A stretch of 64,000 nucleotides of DNA from Desulfovirgula sp. (GTDB taxonomy: Bacteria > Bacillota > Desulfotomaculia > Desulfotomaculales > Nap2-2B). Made by a program: the position numbers and the translations under genes. Where the stretch lies: NCBI GenBank assembly GCA_020725585.1, contig DYES01000072.1, positions 921 to 64,920 of the forward strand, read 5' to 3'. The number at the start of each line of letters is the position of its first letter. Positions within the stretch are counted from its first letter, which is position 1. Below, in pieces: positions 19,738-28,518 of the stretch. The notes below the pieces were generated by a model. That model was not told the DNA's origin and made no database searches. It worked only from the letters and a program-made list of their open reading frames with translations.

Positions 19738-20859
19738 ATGACAGTTGATATTTTCCTGAATCTGACGGGGCGCGGTTACCACATCTATATCGGCCCCGGA
19801 TTAGTCGGCAGGCTGGGCGCCTACCTGAAAGGTTTACCTTTAAGCGCGAAGGCGCTGCTGGTAACAAATCCAAAGGTGCGCGTGCTTTACGGCGCCCTCG
19901 CGGAAAAAAGCCTTCTTTGCGCCGGTTTTCAGGTGGTTACCGCCGAAGTACCCGATGGCGAGGAGGCAAAAAGCCTGTCCAGCGCAGAAAAACTTTACGA
20001 CCTGGCCTACACCGGCGGACTCGACCGAAAATCTCCCGTGATCGCCTTAGGTGGTGGGGTAGTTGGCGATCTCGCCGGTTTTGTAGCGGCCACTTACATG
20101 CGCGGAGTTCCTTTCGTCCAGGTGCCCACCACCCTGCTTGCCCAGGTGGACAGCAGCGTGGGCGGCAAGGTGGCGGTAAACCACCCCCGCGGGAAAAATA
20201 TCATCGGCGCCTTTTACCAGCCCAGGCTCGTCGTGGCCGATACGGACACGCTGGCCACGCTTGACCCGCACGAGCTGAGATCGGGTCTGGCCGAGGTGAT
20301 CAAATACGGCGTGATTGCCGATGCCGGCTTTTTTGCCTGGCTGGAGAGTAATTTGGAAAATCTTCTTGCCTTGGAACCGGAAGCCCTGGTTCACGCCGTG
20401 GCCACATCCTGCCGGATCAAGGCGCGGGTGGTGGAAGAAGACGAGACTGAACAGGGACGCCGGGCCATCCTCAACTTCGGCCACACCGTCGGCCACGCCC
20501 TGGAGGCCCTCTCCGGCTACAGGGTCTTTCGCCACGGCGAGGCGGTGGCCATCGGGATGGTGGCAGAAGCGAGGCTGGCCGAGGCAATGGGCATTTTTCC
20601 GGAAGAAGATGCGGCCCGCCTCGAGCTCCTCGTGAAAAGGGCGGGGCTGCCGGCTGGAGTTCCCCCCGCACTCTCCGCCGCGCCCACAACCGCCCGAACC
20701 GGCGAATTTTTAGAACTCCTGCAGCGGGACAAAAAGGCGCGGGCCGGCAGATACGCCTTTGCCCTGCCGGTTAAAATCGGGCGGGCGGAAGTTTTTCGGG
20801 ATGTGTCGGAAGAGAAAATCAGGCAGTACATATTGGAAAATCTATCGCTTGACATATGA
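19738..20859 (+). CDS. aroB: 3-dehydroquinate synthase
   Basis: 'GGGVVGDLAGFVAATYMRGVPFVQVPTTLLAQVDSSVGGK', 'NFGHTVGHALE'. Confidence 0.93.
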   Translation: MTVDIFLNLTGRGYHIYIGPGLVGRLGAYLKGLPLSAKALLVTNPKVRVLYGALAEKSLLCAGFQVVTAEVPDGEEAKSLSSAEKLYDLAYTGGLDRKSPVIALGGGVVGDLAGFVAATYMRGVPFVQVPTTLLAQVDSSVGGKVAVNHPRGKNIIGAFYQPRLVVADTDTLATLDPHELRSGLAEVIKYGVIADAGFFAWLESNLENLLALEPEALVHAVATSCRIKARVVEEDETEQGRRAILNFGHTVGHALEALSGYRVFRHGEAVAIGMVAEARLAEAMGIFPEEDAARLELLVKRAGLPAGVPPALSAAPTTARTGEFLELLQRDKKARAGRYAFALPVKIGRAEVFRDVSEEKIRQYILENLSLDI

Positions 20860-20898
20860 CATATATAACGGGTATACTTTTCCTGAGGTGGTCCTGCA

Positions 20899-21126
20899 AT
20901 GAGAAAGACGATGGTCTACCTGGAAAATGACCAGTTTCTTATGTTAAAAAAAGCGGCGGCTTCTTCTAAAAAGAAGGTTTCGGAAATTATCCGCGAAGCT
21001 ATAGCAAATTACCTGAAAGATAAAAATAAAGTAGACTACTTTTCGTTTGTGGGTATTGCCGAAGGGCCTAGGAATGGCAGAACATCAGAGGAAGCGGAGG
21101 TTGTGCTCCGGGAGGTCCTGCGTTGA
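20899..21126 (+). CDS. vapB: Ribbon-helix-helix (CopG/VapB-type) antitoxin
   Basis: 75 aa, RHH-like 'MVYLENDQFLMLKKAAASSKKKVSEIIREAIANYL'; 4-nt overlap with the downstream PIN gene. Confidence 0.75.
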   Translation: MRKTMVYLENDQFLMLKKAAASSKKKVSEIIREAIANYLKDKNKVDYFSFVGIAEGPRNGRTSEEAEVVLREVLR

Positions 21127-21539
21127 TCTTTTTCGATACCGGCGCAATCTATGCCCTGATCGATAAAAACGACGTTAATCACAAACAAGCTAAAGAACTT
21201 TATAAAAACCTGGCGGGTAAAGAAGTTCTCTGCACTTCGCTCCCCGTTCTTACCGAAGCGTATTTACTGATTGACGCCCGGCTCGGTAATTACTTTGCCA
21301 ACCGGCTGTGGAAAGGGATCTGCGACGGCGTCCTTGAAATCTTGCCTGTCGAAAGCGAAGAATTAAAAATGGCCTTAGAGATTGAAAGCAAGTACGGCGA
21401 TATCGGCTTTGGGTTCGTAGACGCCACATGTTTTGCCCTCTGTGAAAAATACAAAATCCGCCGGGTTTTTACATATGACAAAAAACATTTTTCCATCTAC
21501 AAACCTGGCTTCACTGACGCACTGGAACTACTTCCATAG
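21123..21539 (+). CDS. vapC: PIN-domain ribonuclease toxin VapC
   Basis: 'IFFDTGAIYALIDKND' (first acidic residue), later conserved E/D positions ('LTEAY', 'FVDATCF'); 138 aa. Confidence 0.8.
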   Translation: MIFFDTGAIYALIDKNDVNHKQAKELYKNLAGKEVLCTSLPVLTEAYLLIDARLGNYFANRLWKGICDGVLEILPVESEELKMALEIESKYGDIGFGFVDATCFALCEKYKIRRVFTYDKKHFSIYKPGFTDALELLP

Positions 21540-21614
21540 ACTCTTCAAAAAATACCCGGCCCTTGCTTCCTTACCCGTGCCGATACTTAAAACCTGCCGC
21601 CAGGTTGGGCGGGA

Positions 21615-23336
21615 ATGCGGGGTTGGTTCCGTTTGAACGGCAAACAAGGTTACCGAAAGCGATTGGGCGACCTGCTGGTAGACGCCGGTTTGATCAACGC
21701 CGCTCAGCTGCAGCAGGCTCTCCAGGTGCAGCGGCAAACCGGCGAGCGCCTGGGCCGGGTGCTGGTTAACCTGGGGTTTGTTACCGAGCAGGATATTTTA
21801 AACACTCTGGAAATGCAGTTGGGCATTCCCCAGATTACCTTGGCGGACAAGTTAAATATCCAGCTGGTCAGAAGTATCCCGGAGGCCATCCTGCGCCGGC
21901 ACAAGGTAGTGCCCGTAAAAAGAGAAGGCAACCGCCTGATGGTCGCCATGAGCGACCCCTTGAACGTGGTGGCCATCGACGACCTGCGCCTGGCGACGGG
22001 ACTGGAAATCGATCCTGTGCTGGCCAGGGAGCAGGAGATCGACAGCGCGCTCCAGAAAGCCTTCACCCTTTCCAGCTTAGAAAAGGCCTTCGCCGAAATG
22101 CCGGACGAGCCGGAGGCCGTAGAATTGCAGGCTTTAGACTTAACCCCGGACAGTGCCGGAGGGGCCGAGGCCCCCGTTATCCGCCTGGTTAATTCGCTGA
22201 TTGCTCAGGCCGTAAACGACAAGGCCAGCGATATCCATATCGAGCCCCAGGAAAAGAAAGTGCTGGTGCGCTTCCGGCAGGACGGCCTGTTGCGGGAAAT
22301 AATGACCCTTTCCCACCAGACCCGCCTGCCCCTCGTCTCGCGGATAAAAATAATGGCCGGAATGGACATTGCCGAAAAACGCCTCCCCCAGGACGGGCGC
22401 ATCCAGATTAAATTTGCCGGGCGTAATATCGACCTGCGGGTTTCCAGCATGCCGACCGTTTTCGGAGAAAAAATCGTCCTGCGCATTTTAGATAAAAGCA
22501 CCAGCATTTTGCCTATCGAAGAACTGGGTTTTGACGATTATAATTTCAACCGCTTTTTAAGCCTTCTCCGCCACGCTTACGGAATGGTGCTGATCACTGG
22601 GCCCACCGGAAGCGGGAAGACCACCACCCTGTACGCCGTGTTGAATAAGCTGCGTTCTCCCGAACGAAACATAGTAACTATTGAGGATCCCGTGGAGTAC
22701 CTTTTAGAAGGTATTAATCAAACGCAGGTAAATGTAAAGGCGGGCCTTACTTTTGCTTCCGGGCTGCGCTCGATTTTACGCCAGGATCCGGACGTGATTA
22801 TGGTGGGAGAAATCCGCGACCACGAAACGGCGGAGATCGCCGTGCGCGCGGCTTCCACGGGGCACCTCGTGCTGAGCACCCTGCATACGAACGACGCCGC
22901 CGGAGCCCTGACCAGGCTTATCGACATGGGTGTAGAGCCGTTTCTGGTGGCTTCCTCGGTACTGGGGGTAGTGGCCCAGCGCCTGGTCCGGGTGCTTTGC
23001 CCGCACTGCCGGCAGGAATACCGGCCCGCCCCCGACACCGTGGAAAGAATATTCATGGGCGCCGCCCCGGCGGACGACGTAACCCTGTACGCTCCCGGCA
23101 GGTGCGCCCGCTGCGACCAGACCGGCTACCGGGGGCGGATCAGCATCCAGGAGGTGCTCAACGTTACGGGAAGCATCCGCAGTTTAATCAACCAAAAGCG
23201 CCCCGCCGGCGAAATCAAGCGCCAGGCAATCAAAGAAGGGATGGTAACCCTGCAGCAGGACGGGATCAACAAGGCCCGGCGCGGCGTGACAAGCATCCAG
23301 GAAGTCATGCGCGTGGCCTACAGTGAAGAAAGATAG
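21615..23336 (+). CDS. pilB: Type IV pilus assembly ATPase PilB (GspE family)
   Basis: N-terminal T2SSE_N repeat ('LGDLLVDAGLINAAQLQQALQVQ'), Walker A 'GPTGSGKTTT', tetracysteine CPHC...CARC motif. Confidence 0.93.
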   Translation: MRGWFRLNGKQGYRKRLGDLLVDAGLINAAQLQQALQVQRQTGERLGRVLVNLGFVTEQDILNTLEMQLGIPQITLADKLNIQLVRSIPEAILRRHKVVPVKREGNRLMVAMSDPLNVVAIDDLRLATGLEIDPVLAREQEIDSALQKAFTLSSLEKAFAEMPDEPEAVELQALDLTPDSAGGAEAPVIRLVNSLIAQAVNDKASDIHIEPQEKKVLVRFRQDGLLREIMTLSHQTRLPLVSRIKIMAGMDIAEKRLPQDGRIQIKFAGRNIDLRVSSMPTVFGEKIVLRILDKSTSILPIEELGFDDYNFNRFLSLLRHAYGMVLITGPTGSGKTTTLYAVLNKLRSPERNIVTIEDPVEYLLEGINQTQVNVKAGLTFASGLRSILRQDPDVIMVGEIRDHETAEIAVRAASTGHLVLSTLHTNDAAGALTRLIDMGVEPFLVASSVLGVVAQRLVRVLCPHCRQEYRPAPDTVERIFMGAAPADDVTLYAPGRCARCDQTGYRGRISIQEVLNVTGSIRSLINQKRPAGEIKRQAIKEGMVTLQQDGINKARRGVTSIQEVMRVAYSEER

Positions 23337-23353
23337 GGCAAAAGAGGGAGAAG

Positions 23354-24457
23354 ATGAGCTCAGTAGATTCCCGGACCTTAATAAAACTCGCCTTTCAAAT
23401 CGGCGCCTCGGATATTCATTTAACTACCGGCTTTCCCCCGGCCTTTCGCCTGCACGGGGAGTTGCTCCCGGCCAGTGCCCTGGCGGCCCGGGGCGTCCTG
23501 GATATTGCGGATCCGGCCCCTTTGCAGCCGGCCGACACCGATCGTCTGGCGCGGGAAATAATGAACGAAGAACAGTACGCCCGGTTGCTCGAAAAAGGAG
23601 AGTACGACTTTTCTATCTCCCTGCCCGGGACCGGCCGCTGCCGGGTAAACGCTTTCAAGCAACGCGGCTCGGTAGCCCTGGCCATCCGCCCCGTTTCCGA
23701 CCAGATTCCCTCCCTGGAACAGTTAGGGCTTCCGGAGTCCGTCAAATACCTGGCCCGCCGCCCGCGCGGCCTTGTCCTGGTCACCGGCCCCACCGGGAGC
23801 GGTAAATCCACTACGCTGGCGGCCATGATCGACCTGCTCAACAGTGAGCGGCACTGCCACATTATCACCCTGGAAGACCCCATCGAGTACATCCATCAGC
23901 ACAAAAAAAGTATCGTTAACCAGCGCGAAATCGGCCGGGACAGCCTTTCCTTTGCCAGCGCCTTGCGCGCCGCCATGCGCGAAGACCCGGACGTAATTTT
24001 AGTGGGGGAAATGCGCGACCTGGAAACCATCGCCACCGCCATCACCGCCGCGGAGACCGGCCACCTGGTGCTGGCCACGCTGCACACCAGCAGCGCCGCG
24101 CAAACCATCGACCGCATCGTCGACGTTTTTCCTCCCCACCAGCAGCAGCAGATCAGGCTGCAGCTGGCCGGTTCTCTGCAGGGGGTCATCGCGCAGCAGC
24201 TGCTCCCCCGCCGGGACCGCCCGGGACGGGTGGCGGCGGTGGAAATCATGATCGCCACGCCGGCAATCAGCAACCTGATCCGTGAAGGGAAAACCTACCA
24301 GATTATTTCCCAAATTCAAACAGGCGCCAGGTACGGCATGCAGACGATGGATACGGCCCTGCGCAACCTCTACCGGGCGGGAGCAATCGGGCGCGAAGAG
24401 GCGCTTGGCTGCTCCGCCGATCCCGAAGGCCTGTCCAGGATGCTTGATAACTTTTAA
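23354..24457 (+). CDS. pilT: Type IV pilus retraction ATPase PilT
   Basis: 'GASDIHLTTG', Walker A 'GPTGSGKSTT', 'ILVGEMRDLETI', 'GHLVLATLHT'. Confidence 0.92.
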   Translation: MSSVDSRTLIKLAFQIGASDIHLTTGFPPAFRLHGELLPASALAARGVLDIADPAPLQPADTDRLAREIMNEEQYARLLEKGEYDFSISLPGTGRCRVNAFKQRGSVALAIRPVSDQIPSLEQLGLPESVKYLARRPRGLVLVTGPTGSGKSTTLAAMIDLLNSERHCHIITLEDPIEYIHQHKKSIVNQREIGRDSLSFASALRAAMREDPDVILVGEMRDLETIATAITAAETGHLVLATLHTSSAAQTIDRIVDVFPPHQQQQIRLQLAGSLQGVIAQQLLPRRDRPGRVAAVEIMIATPAISNLIREGKTYQIISQIQTGARYGMQTMDTALRNLYRAGAIGREEALGCSADPEGLSRMLDNF

Positions 24458-24476
24458 TAGATTTTTAAAAAATATG

Positions 24477-24505
24477 TTGCATTTTGTTTTGTTAACAGGT
24501 ATAAT
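24477..24505 (+). promoter_or_regulatory. Sigma-A promoter internal to the pilus locus (TTGCAT-17 nt-TATAAT)
   Basis: TTGCAT at 24477-24482, exactly 17-nt spacer, perfect TATAAT at 24500-24505, 20 nt after the pilT stop. Confidence 0.7.
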
Positions 24506-24535
24506 TACACCTGAATTAAACAGGGGAAATTTTCT

Positions 24536-24700
24536 CCATAAAAGGCAACTCCTTAAGGCGAAAGCCAGGAGGCGCAAAGCCACGGGCCTAAAGCCCGGCA
24601 CTCACTAAAAAGCTGCTGTTTTAGTGGCAGCTGATCCCATGCAGGTGGTCGACAAGCAATCTTAACTGCGTGGTCTGCTTAAGTGAGTGCCGGGTATGGC
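24536..24700 (+). promoter_or_regulatory. c-di-GMP-I (GEMM-I) riboswitch aptamer with an enlarged second helix
   Basis: 'AAAGGCAACUCCUUAAGGCGAAAGCCAGGAGGCGCAAAGCCACGGGCCUAAAGCCCGG' reproduces the GEMM-I signature: GGCAA(A), a GAAA-capped hairpin, GnCGCAAAGCC, CGGGCCUAAA. A 13-bp stem CCCGGCACUCACU/AGUGAGUGCCGGG closes a ~76-nt insertion. A flanking CCAU/AUGG helix closes the aptamer. Confidence 0.8.
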
Positions 24701-24712
24701 AGGCGGGCTGCT

Positions 24713-24754
24713 GGAGGCATGTTTTCGGTAAAGAAGCGTGCCTTTTCATTTTTT
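24713..24754 (+). terminator. Intrinsic terminator forming the riboswitch expression platform
   Basis: GGAGGCAUG...CGUGCCUUU stem followed by UCAUUUUUU. The 5' arm abuts the 3' side of the aptamer. The pilC SD and ATG follow within 20 nt. Confidence 0.6.
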
Positions 24755-24769
24755 GAAGGCGGCGGGAGA

Positions 24770-25984
24770 ATGGCAGGCTTTTTTTACCGGGCGAGGAACA
24801 AAGAGGGAAAGCTGGTCACCGGTTACCTGGAAGCAGAAGGACAGGCGGCGGCGGCGGTCGCCCTGCGCCGCAGCAACTACGTAATCATCGAGATCCGCCC
24901 CGCGCCGGACAAATCCCGGCTGGTTAACCTGTCCCAACTTTTCGAGCCGCGCGTAAGCGTAAAGGAGCTGGCCCTGTTCTGCCGCCAGTTCGCCACCATG
25001 CTGGGGGCGGGGGTGCCCATCTTAAACTGCCTGCATGTCTTAAGCCAGCAGGCCGGCACTAAAAAGCTGCGCCAGACCGTCAGGGCAATCTCCGACCAGC
25101 TTCAAGGGGGAGCCACATTAACCGAGGCAACGAAAATGTTCCCCCGCGTTTTTCCGCCTGTTTTCGTCAGCATGGTAGAAGCGGGGGAAGTGGGCGGCGT
25201 CCTGGAGCAGGTGCTGGAAAACCTGGCCACCCATTTTGAGAAGGAGCACGAATTAAAGGAAAAGATTAAATCCGCCATGATTTACCCGGTGACGCTGGTC
25301 AGCTTTGCAATCCTGGTGGTAGCAGTACTTACCACTTTCGTGCTTCAAAAATTTATCAACCTGTTCTTCAACCTGGGCATCCCCCTGCCGCTGCCGACGC
25401 GCATCTTGATTACGCTCAGCGATCTTGCGCGGCGTTATCTGTTTTTAGGCGCGGCGGGCGCAGCAGCATTTTCAGTTGTTATGTTATGGCTGCTTCGCTC
25501 CGGGCGCAGGCTGGCGTGGGTGGACAAAGTATTTCTCAAGCTTCCCGTTTTCGGCCAGCTCGTCCAAAAAATCATCATCGCCCGCTTTACCCGTACGCTG
25601 GGAATTTTGCTCAAGAGCGGAATACCGGTTATTCGCGCTTTGGAGGTGGTGAAGAACACTGCCGGCAATATTCTCGTCGTGCGGACAGTAGAAAAAGTGA
25701 TCGAGGACGTCCGGCAGGGGCAGGCGATCGCCCGTTCCCTGGGTGAAAACGGCGTTTTTACCCCCATGGTGGTGCAAATGGTCTCCGTGGGGGAAGAAAC
25801 GGGCAGTCTCGACAAAATGCTCGAAAAGGTTGCCGTCTTTTACGAGCGCGAGGTGGACGCCAGCGTCGGCCGGCTGGCCGCAATGATCGAGCCCGTCTTG
25901 ATCATCGGAATGGGGGTGGTGGTCGGGTTTATTGTGATCGCAATTCTTCTCCCGTATTTTCAGATGTTCGGAGGCATTATGTAG
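24770..25984 (+). CDS. pilC: Type IV pilus platform protein PilC (GspF family)
   Basis: Two GspF repeats ('FCRQFATMLGAGVPIL', 'FTRTLGILLKSGIPVI'). ATG 24770 gives the canonical 'MAGFFYRARNKEGKLVTG' N-terminus; the ORF-track GTG 24683 lies inside the riboswitch. Confidence 0.9.
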   Translation: MAGFFYRARNKEGKLVTGYLEAEGQAAAAVALRRSNYVIIEIRPAPDKSRLVNLSQLFEPRVSVKELALFCRQFATMLGAGVPILNCLHVLSQQAGTKKLRQTVRAISDQLQGGATLTEATKMFPRVFPPVFVSMVEAGEVGGVLEQVLENLATHFEKEHELKEKIKSAMIYPVTLVSFAILVVAVLTTFVLQKFINLFFNLGIPLPLPTRILITLSDLARRYLFLGAAGAAAFSVVMLWLLRSGRRLAWVDKVFLKLPVFGQLVQKIIIARFTRTLGILLKSGIPVIRALEVVKNTAGNILVVRTVEKVIEDVRQGQAIARSLGENGVFTPMVVQMVSVGEETGSLDKMLEKVAVFYEREVDASVGRLAAMIEPVLIIGMGVVVGFIVIAILLPYFQMFGGIM

Positions 25985-26089
25985 CAGGCGTTTTTTAAGG
26001 AAACACCGGCGGAAGAGCACAATCAAAAACATTACTTTTATCTTGTAACCCACAACAACTAATTAACGAAATTCTAAGGAGGTTAAATT

Positions 26090-26530
26090 ATGCGGAAAAA
26101 GCAAAAGAATGAGCGCGGTTTCACCCTGGTGGAGCTTATGGTGGTCATTGCCATCATCGGCGTCCTCGTGGCTATTGCTCTGCCCAAGTTTATGAACCAG
26201 GCAAACAAGGCGAAAATTGCCAGTGCCCAGGCTACCCTCGCTAGCATGAAGACTTCTATAGAGGTGTATTATGCTGACACCAAAAACAACAAGTACCCTG
26301 CTAATGCGACAGAAGTAACCAGCGTGCTAGAGGATGACGGCTTTGCTTCAAACACAGTGGACCCGTGGGGTAACAAGTTTAAATACTGGGTAGATACAAA
26401 TAGGAAAAGTTATTATTTATGGTCGGTAGGGCCTGATGATACAACTAATACTAACGACGATGTATACGTAACCGAGTCCCTTCCTCCGACTATAGGGGCT
26501 GTAGATAAAACAGGGACTGATATATTCTAA
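26090..26530 (+). CDS. pilA: Major type IV pilin (GspG-like pseudopilin fold)
   Basis: Prepilin leader plus 'G|FTLVELMVVIAIIGVLVAIALP'; GspG-type 'DPWGNKFKY...SVGPDD'. C-terminal two-thirds visibly AT-richer than neighbouring genes. Confidence 0.9.
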   Translation: MRKKQKNERGFTLVELMVVIAIIGVLVAIALPKFMNQANKAKIASAQATLASMKTSIEVYYADTKNNKYPANATEVTSVLEDDGFASNTVDPWGNKFKYWVDTNRKSYYLWSVGPDDTTNTNDDVYVTESLPPTIGAVDKTGTDIF

Positions 26531-26724
26531 CTTTAACCTCCCCCAGGGGTAACGGCGATTTAAACGAAACCTAGAGTGGTGGTAACAGTGTTACAAGATT
26601 TGAGCAGGCTCTTCCCTCGTCGGTTGGGCCAGTTGTTGAAGGTAGAACATAGTAAATAATTTCCGGTGTGGAACGAGAGTGCGGCTAATGAACAGCAATA
26701 ACCTGAGTTATCAACGAAATGGTA

Positions 26725-26750
26725 CGGCGCGGGATTGCCGCGCCGTTTTT
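26725..26750 (+). terminator. Rho-independent terminator ~195 nt downstream of pilA
   Basis: CGGCGCGG-gattg-CCGCGCCG perfect 8-bp GC stem followed by TTTTT. Confidence 0.85.
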
Positions 26751-26840
26751 CCTGCTTCCATTGCGGTTGAAAAGGCTTCTCCGCCGCGTGGTTAAAGCGA
26801 GGTGTTTGTTGCCCAGGTGCGAGAGGAGATGTTTTCTGGT

Positions 26841-27587
26841 ATGGGCGTGGTTTTGGCTGCGTTTTTCGGGCTCATCATCGGCAGTTTCCTCAACGTGGTG
26901 GTCTACAGGTTGCCGCAGGGGAAATCGGTGGTTGCGGGGCGCTCCCGCTGTCCTACCTGCGGGCGGGCGCTGGGCTGGCGCGATCTCGTGCCTGTTCTGA
27001 GCTATCTTTTGCTGCGGGGAAAATGCCGTTACTGCCGGGCGCCTATTTCCCCCCGTTACCCTGCGGTTGAGCTTTTGACCGCCGTGGTGTTTGCCGCGCT
27101 TTTTCTTCGCTACGGGCTTTCGCCGGCCCTGGGCAAGTACCTTTTCCTTTGTTCTGTGCTGATTGCCGCTTCTTTCATCGATCTGGAACACTACCTGATT
27201 CCCGACCGGCTTGTGTTTGCCGGGCTGCTCGGCGGGATCATCTTAAGCCTGCTTGCCCGGGACGTAGAAATAAAATCTGCCGTATTGGGAGCTGCCCTGG
27301 CAGGAGGATTTTTTCTTTTGGTTGTCGTAATTAGTAAAGGAGGCATGGGCGGCGGAGACGTCAAGCTGGCGGGAATGACGGGGTTTTTCCTGGGCTGGCC
27401 GCTGGTGGCGCCCGCTCTTTTTATGACCCTTTTTCTGGGTGGCGCCGCAGGAATCAGTCTTTTGGTCCTGGGCGTTAAAAAGCGGAAGGATCTGGTACCC
27501 TATGGCCCGTTTATTTCTGCCGGGGCGCTTCTGGCTTTATTCTTCGGTCGGGAAATTATTAACTGGTACGTGCAGTTCCTGCAGTAA
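26841..27587 (+). CDS. pilD: Prepilin peptidase / N-methyltransferase PilD (A24)
   Basis: 'IGSFLNVVVYRLP', zinc motif 'CPTCG...CRYC', catalytic 'GGGDVKL'. Start ambiguous (GTG 26802, ATG 26829 or ATG 26841). Confidence 0.9.
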   Translation: MGVVLAAFFGLIIGSFLNVVVYRLPQGKSVVAGRSRCPTCGRALGWRDLVPVLSYLLLRGKCRYCRAPISPRYPAVELLTAVVFAALFLRYGLSPALGKYLFLCSVLIAASFIDLEHYLIPDRLVFAGLLGGIILSLLARDVEIKSAVLGAALAGGFFLLVVVISKGGMGGGDVKLAGMTGFFLGWPLVAPALFMTLFLGGAAGISLLVLGVKKRKDLVPYGPFISAGALLALFFGREIINWYVQFLQ

Positions 27588-27597
27588 TTTCAAAAGC

Positions 27598-28089
27598 CTG
27601 CAGAAGCTCTCTAAAAGCAAGAGTTCAGGCGGCTTTACTTTAATTGAAGTCTTAATCGTGTTGTTGATTACCTCTACTTTGCTCCTGGTGGCCATGCCTC
27701 AGCTGGCGAAGGCCGTGGAAAAATACAGCCTGGACGCAGCGGCCCGGCAGCTGGCGGAGGACATCCGGATTACCCAACAGCAGGCGCTCAATGAAGAAAG
27801 CGCGAGTTATTTTCTTCAGCTTTATCCGTATGATCCCTATAATGACTGGTACGAAATCAAAAAGGGATCATTAAGAGTAGCCAGAGTAAAGCTCCCTAAA
27901 AGCGTAGACATGTACCCGACCAATTTTTCGGGCAATAAAATAGTTATTTCCGCGCGCGGCACCGCGGTGGCAGGCGGGACGGTAACTTTGCGCGAGCGGG
28001 CGTCGGGCAGGTTTAAATACGTTATCGTGACCCCTGTGACAGGAAGGGTGCGGGTCAGTGACAGCCCTCCGGAGAATTGGGAAAAGTAA
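27598..28089 (+). CDS. Minor pilin, FimT/GspH-like
   Basis: 'GG|FTLIEVLIVLLITSTLLLVAMP', 'AARQLAEDIRITQQQA'. No ATG/GTG/TTG lies between the pilD stop (27587) and the cleavage motif, so CTG 27598 is proposed. The ORF-track ATG 27439 would give a 63-aa leader inside pilD. Confidence 0.75.
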   Translation: MQKLSKSKSSGGFTLIEVLIVLLITSTLLLVAMPQLAKAVEKYSLDAAARQLAEDIRITQQQALNEESASYFLQLYPYDPYNDWYEIKKGSLRVARVKLPKSVDMYPTNFSGNKIVISARGTAVAGGTVTLRERASGRFKYVIVTPVTGRVRVSDSPPENWEK

Positions 28090-28099
28090 ATCCGGATGC

Positions 28100-28516
28100 A
28101 TGAACGTTGCGAACTTTTGCAAGGACGGGCGCGGTTTTACCCTGGTCGAGGTATTGATCGCGGCGGTTATTCTGGTCGCCGTTGTAATCCCTTTGATGAC
28201 CTCGTTTATCAACGCCACCCGGTGGAAGGCCGAAGCGCAGGCGTTGCTCACCGCGGCGAACCTCGCCCAGAGCAAACTGGAAGAGGCGAAAAACAAGCCG
28301 TATGTCGAAGTGCAAAATGATCCCGCCGATTCTAGCGCACCGCCGGTTCCTTTTGCCGACTATCCCGGTTACGCCTGCCGGATTACCGTATCAGAATACA
28401 CGGGAGATGATCCGGATTTGATCGGACAACTGAAAACGGTGACGGCAACCGTCTTCTACGAAACCCCGGGCGGGCAGAAGACCGTTTCTTTAACTATGGA
28501 TAAGGGTGATCGATAA
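28100..28516 (+). CDS. Minor pilin, PilV/GspI-like
   Basis: 'RG|FTLVEVLIAAVILVAVVIPL'. ATG 28100 gives a short basic leader; the ORF-track start at 28058 overlaps the previous gene. Confidence 0.8.
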   Translation: MNVANFCKDGRGFTLVEVLIAAVILVAVVIPLMTSFINATRWKAEAQALLTAANLAQSKLEEAKNKPYVEVQNDPADSSAPPVPFADYPGYACRITVSEYTGDDPDLIGQLKTVTATVFYETPGGQKTVSLTMDKGDR

Positions 28517-28518
28517 AC

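Noticed and set aside
24683-24769. ORF-track N-terminal extension of pilC (MSAGYGRRAAGGMFSVKKRAFSFFEGGGR...)
   Set aside because: It would start inside the riboswitch P2 stem and read through the terminator. The ATG at 24770 gives the canonical PilC N-terminus and has its own purine-rich SD.
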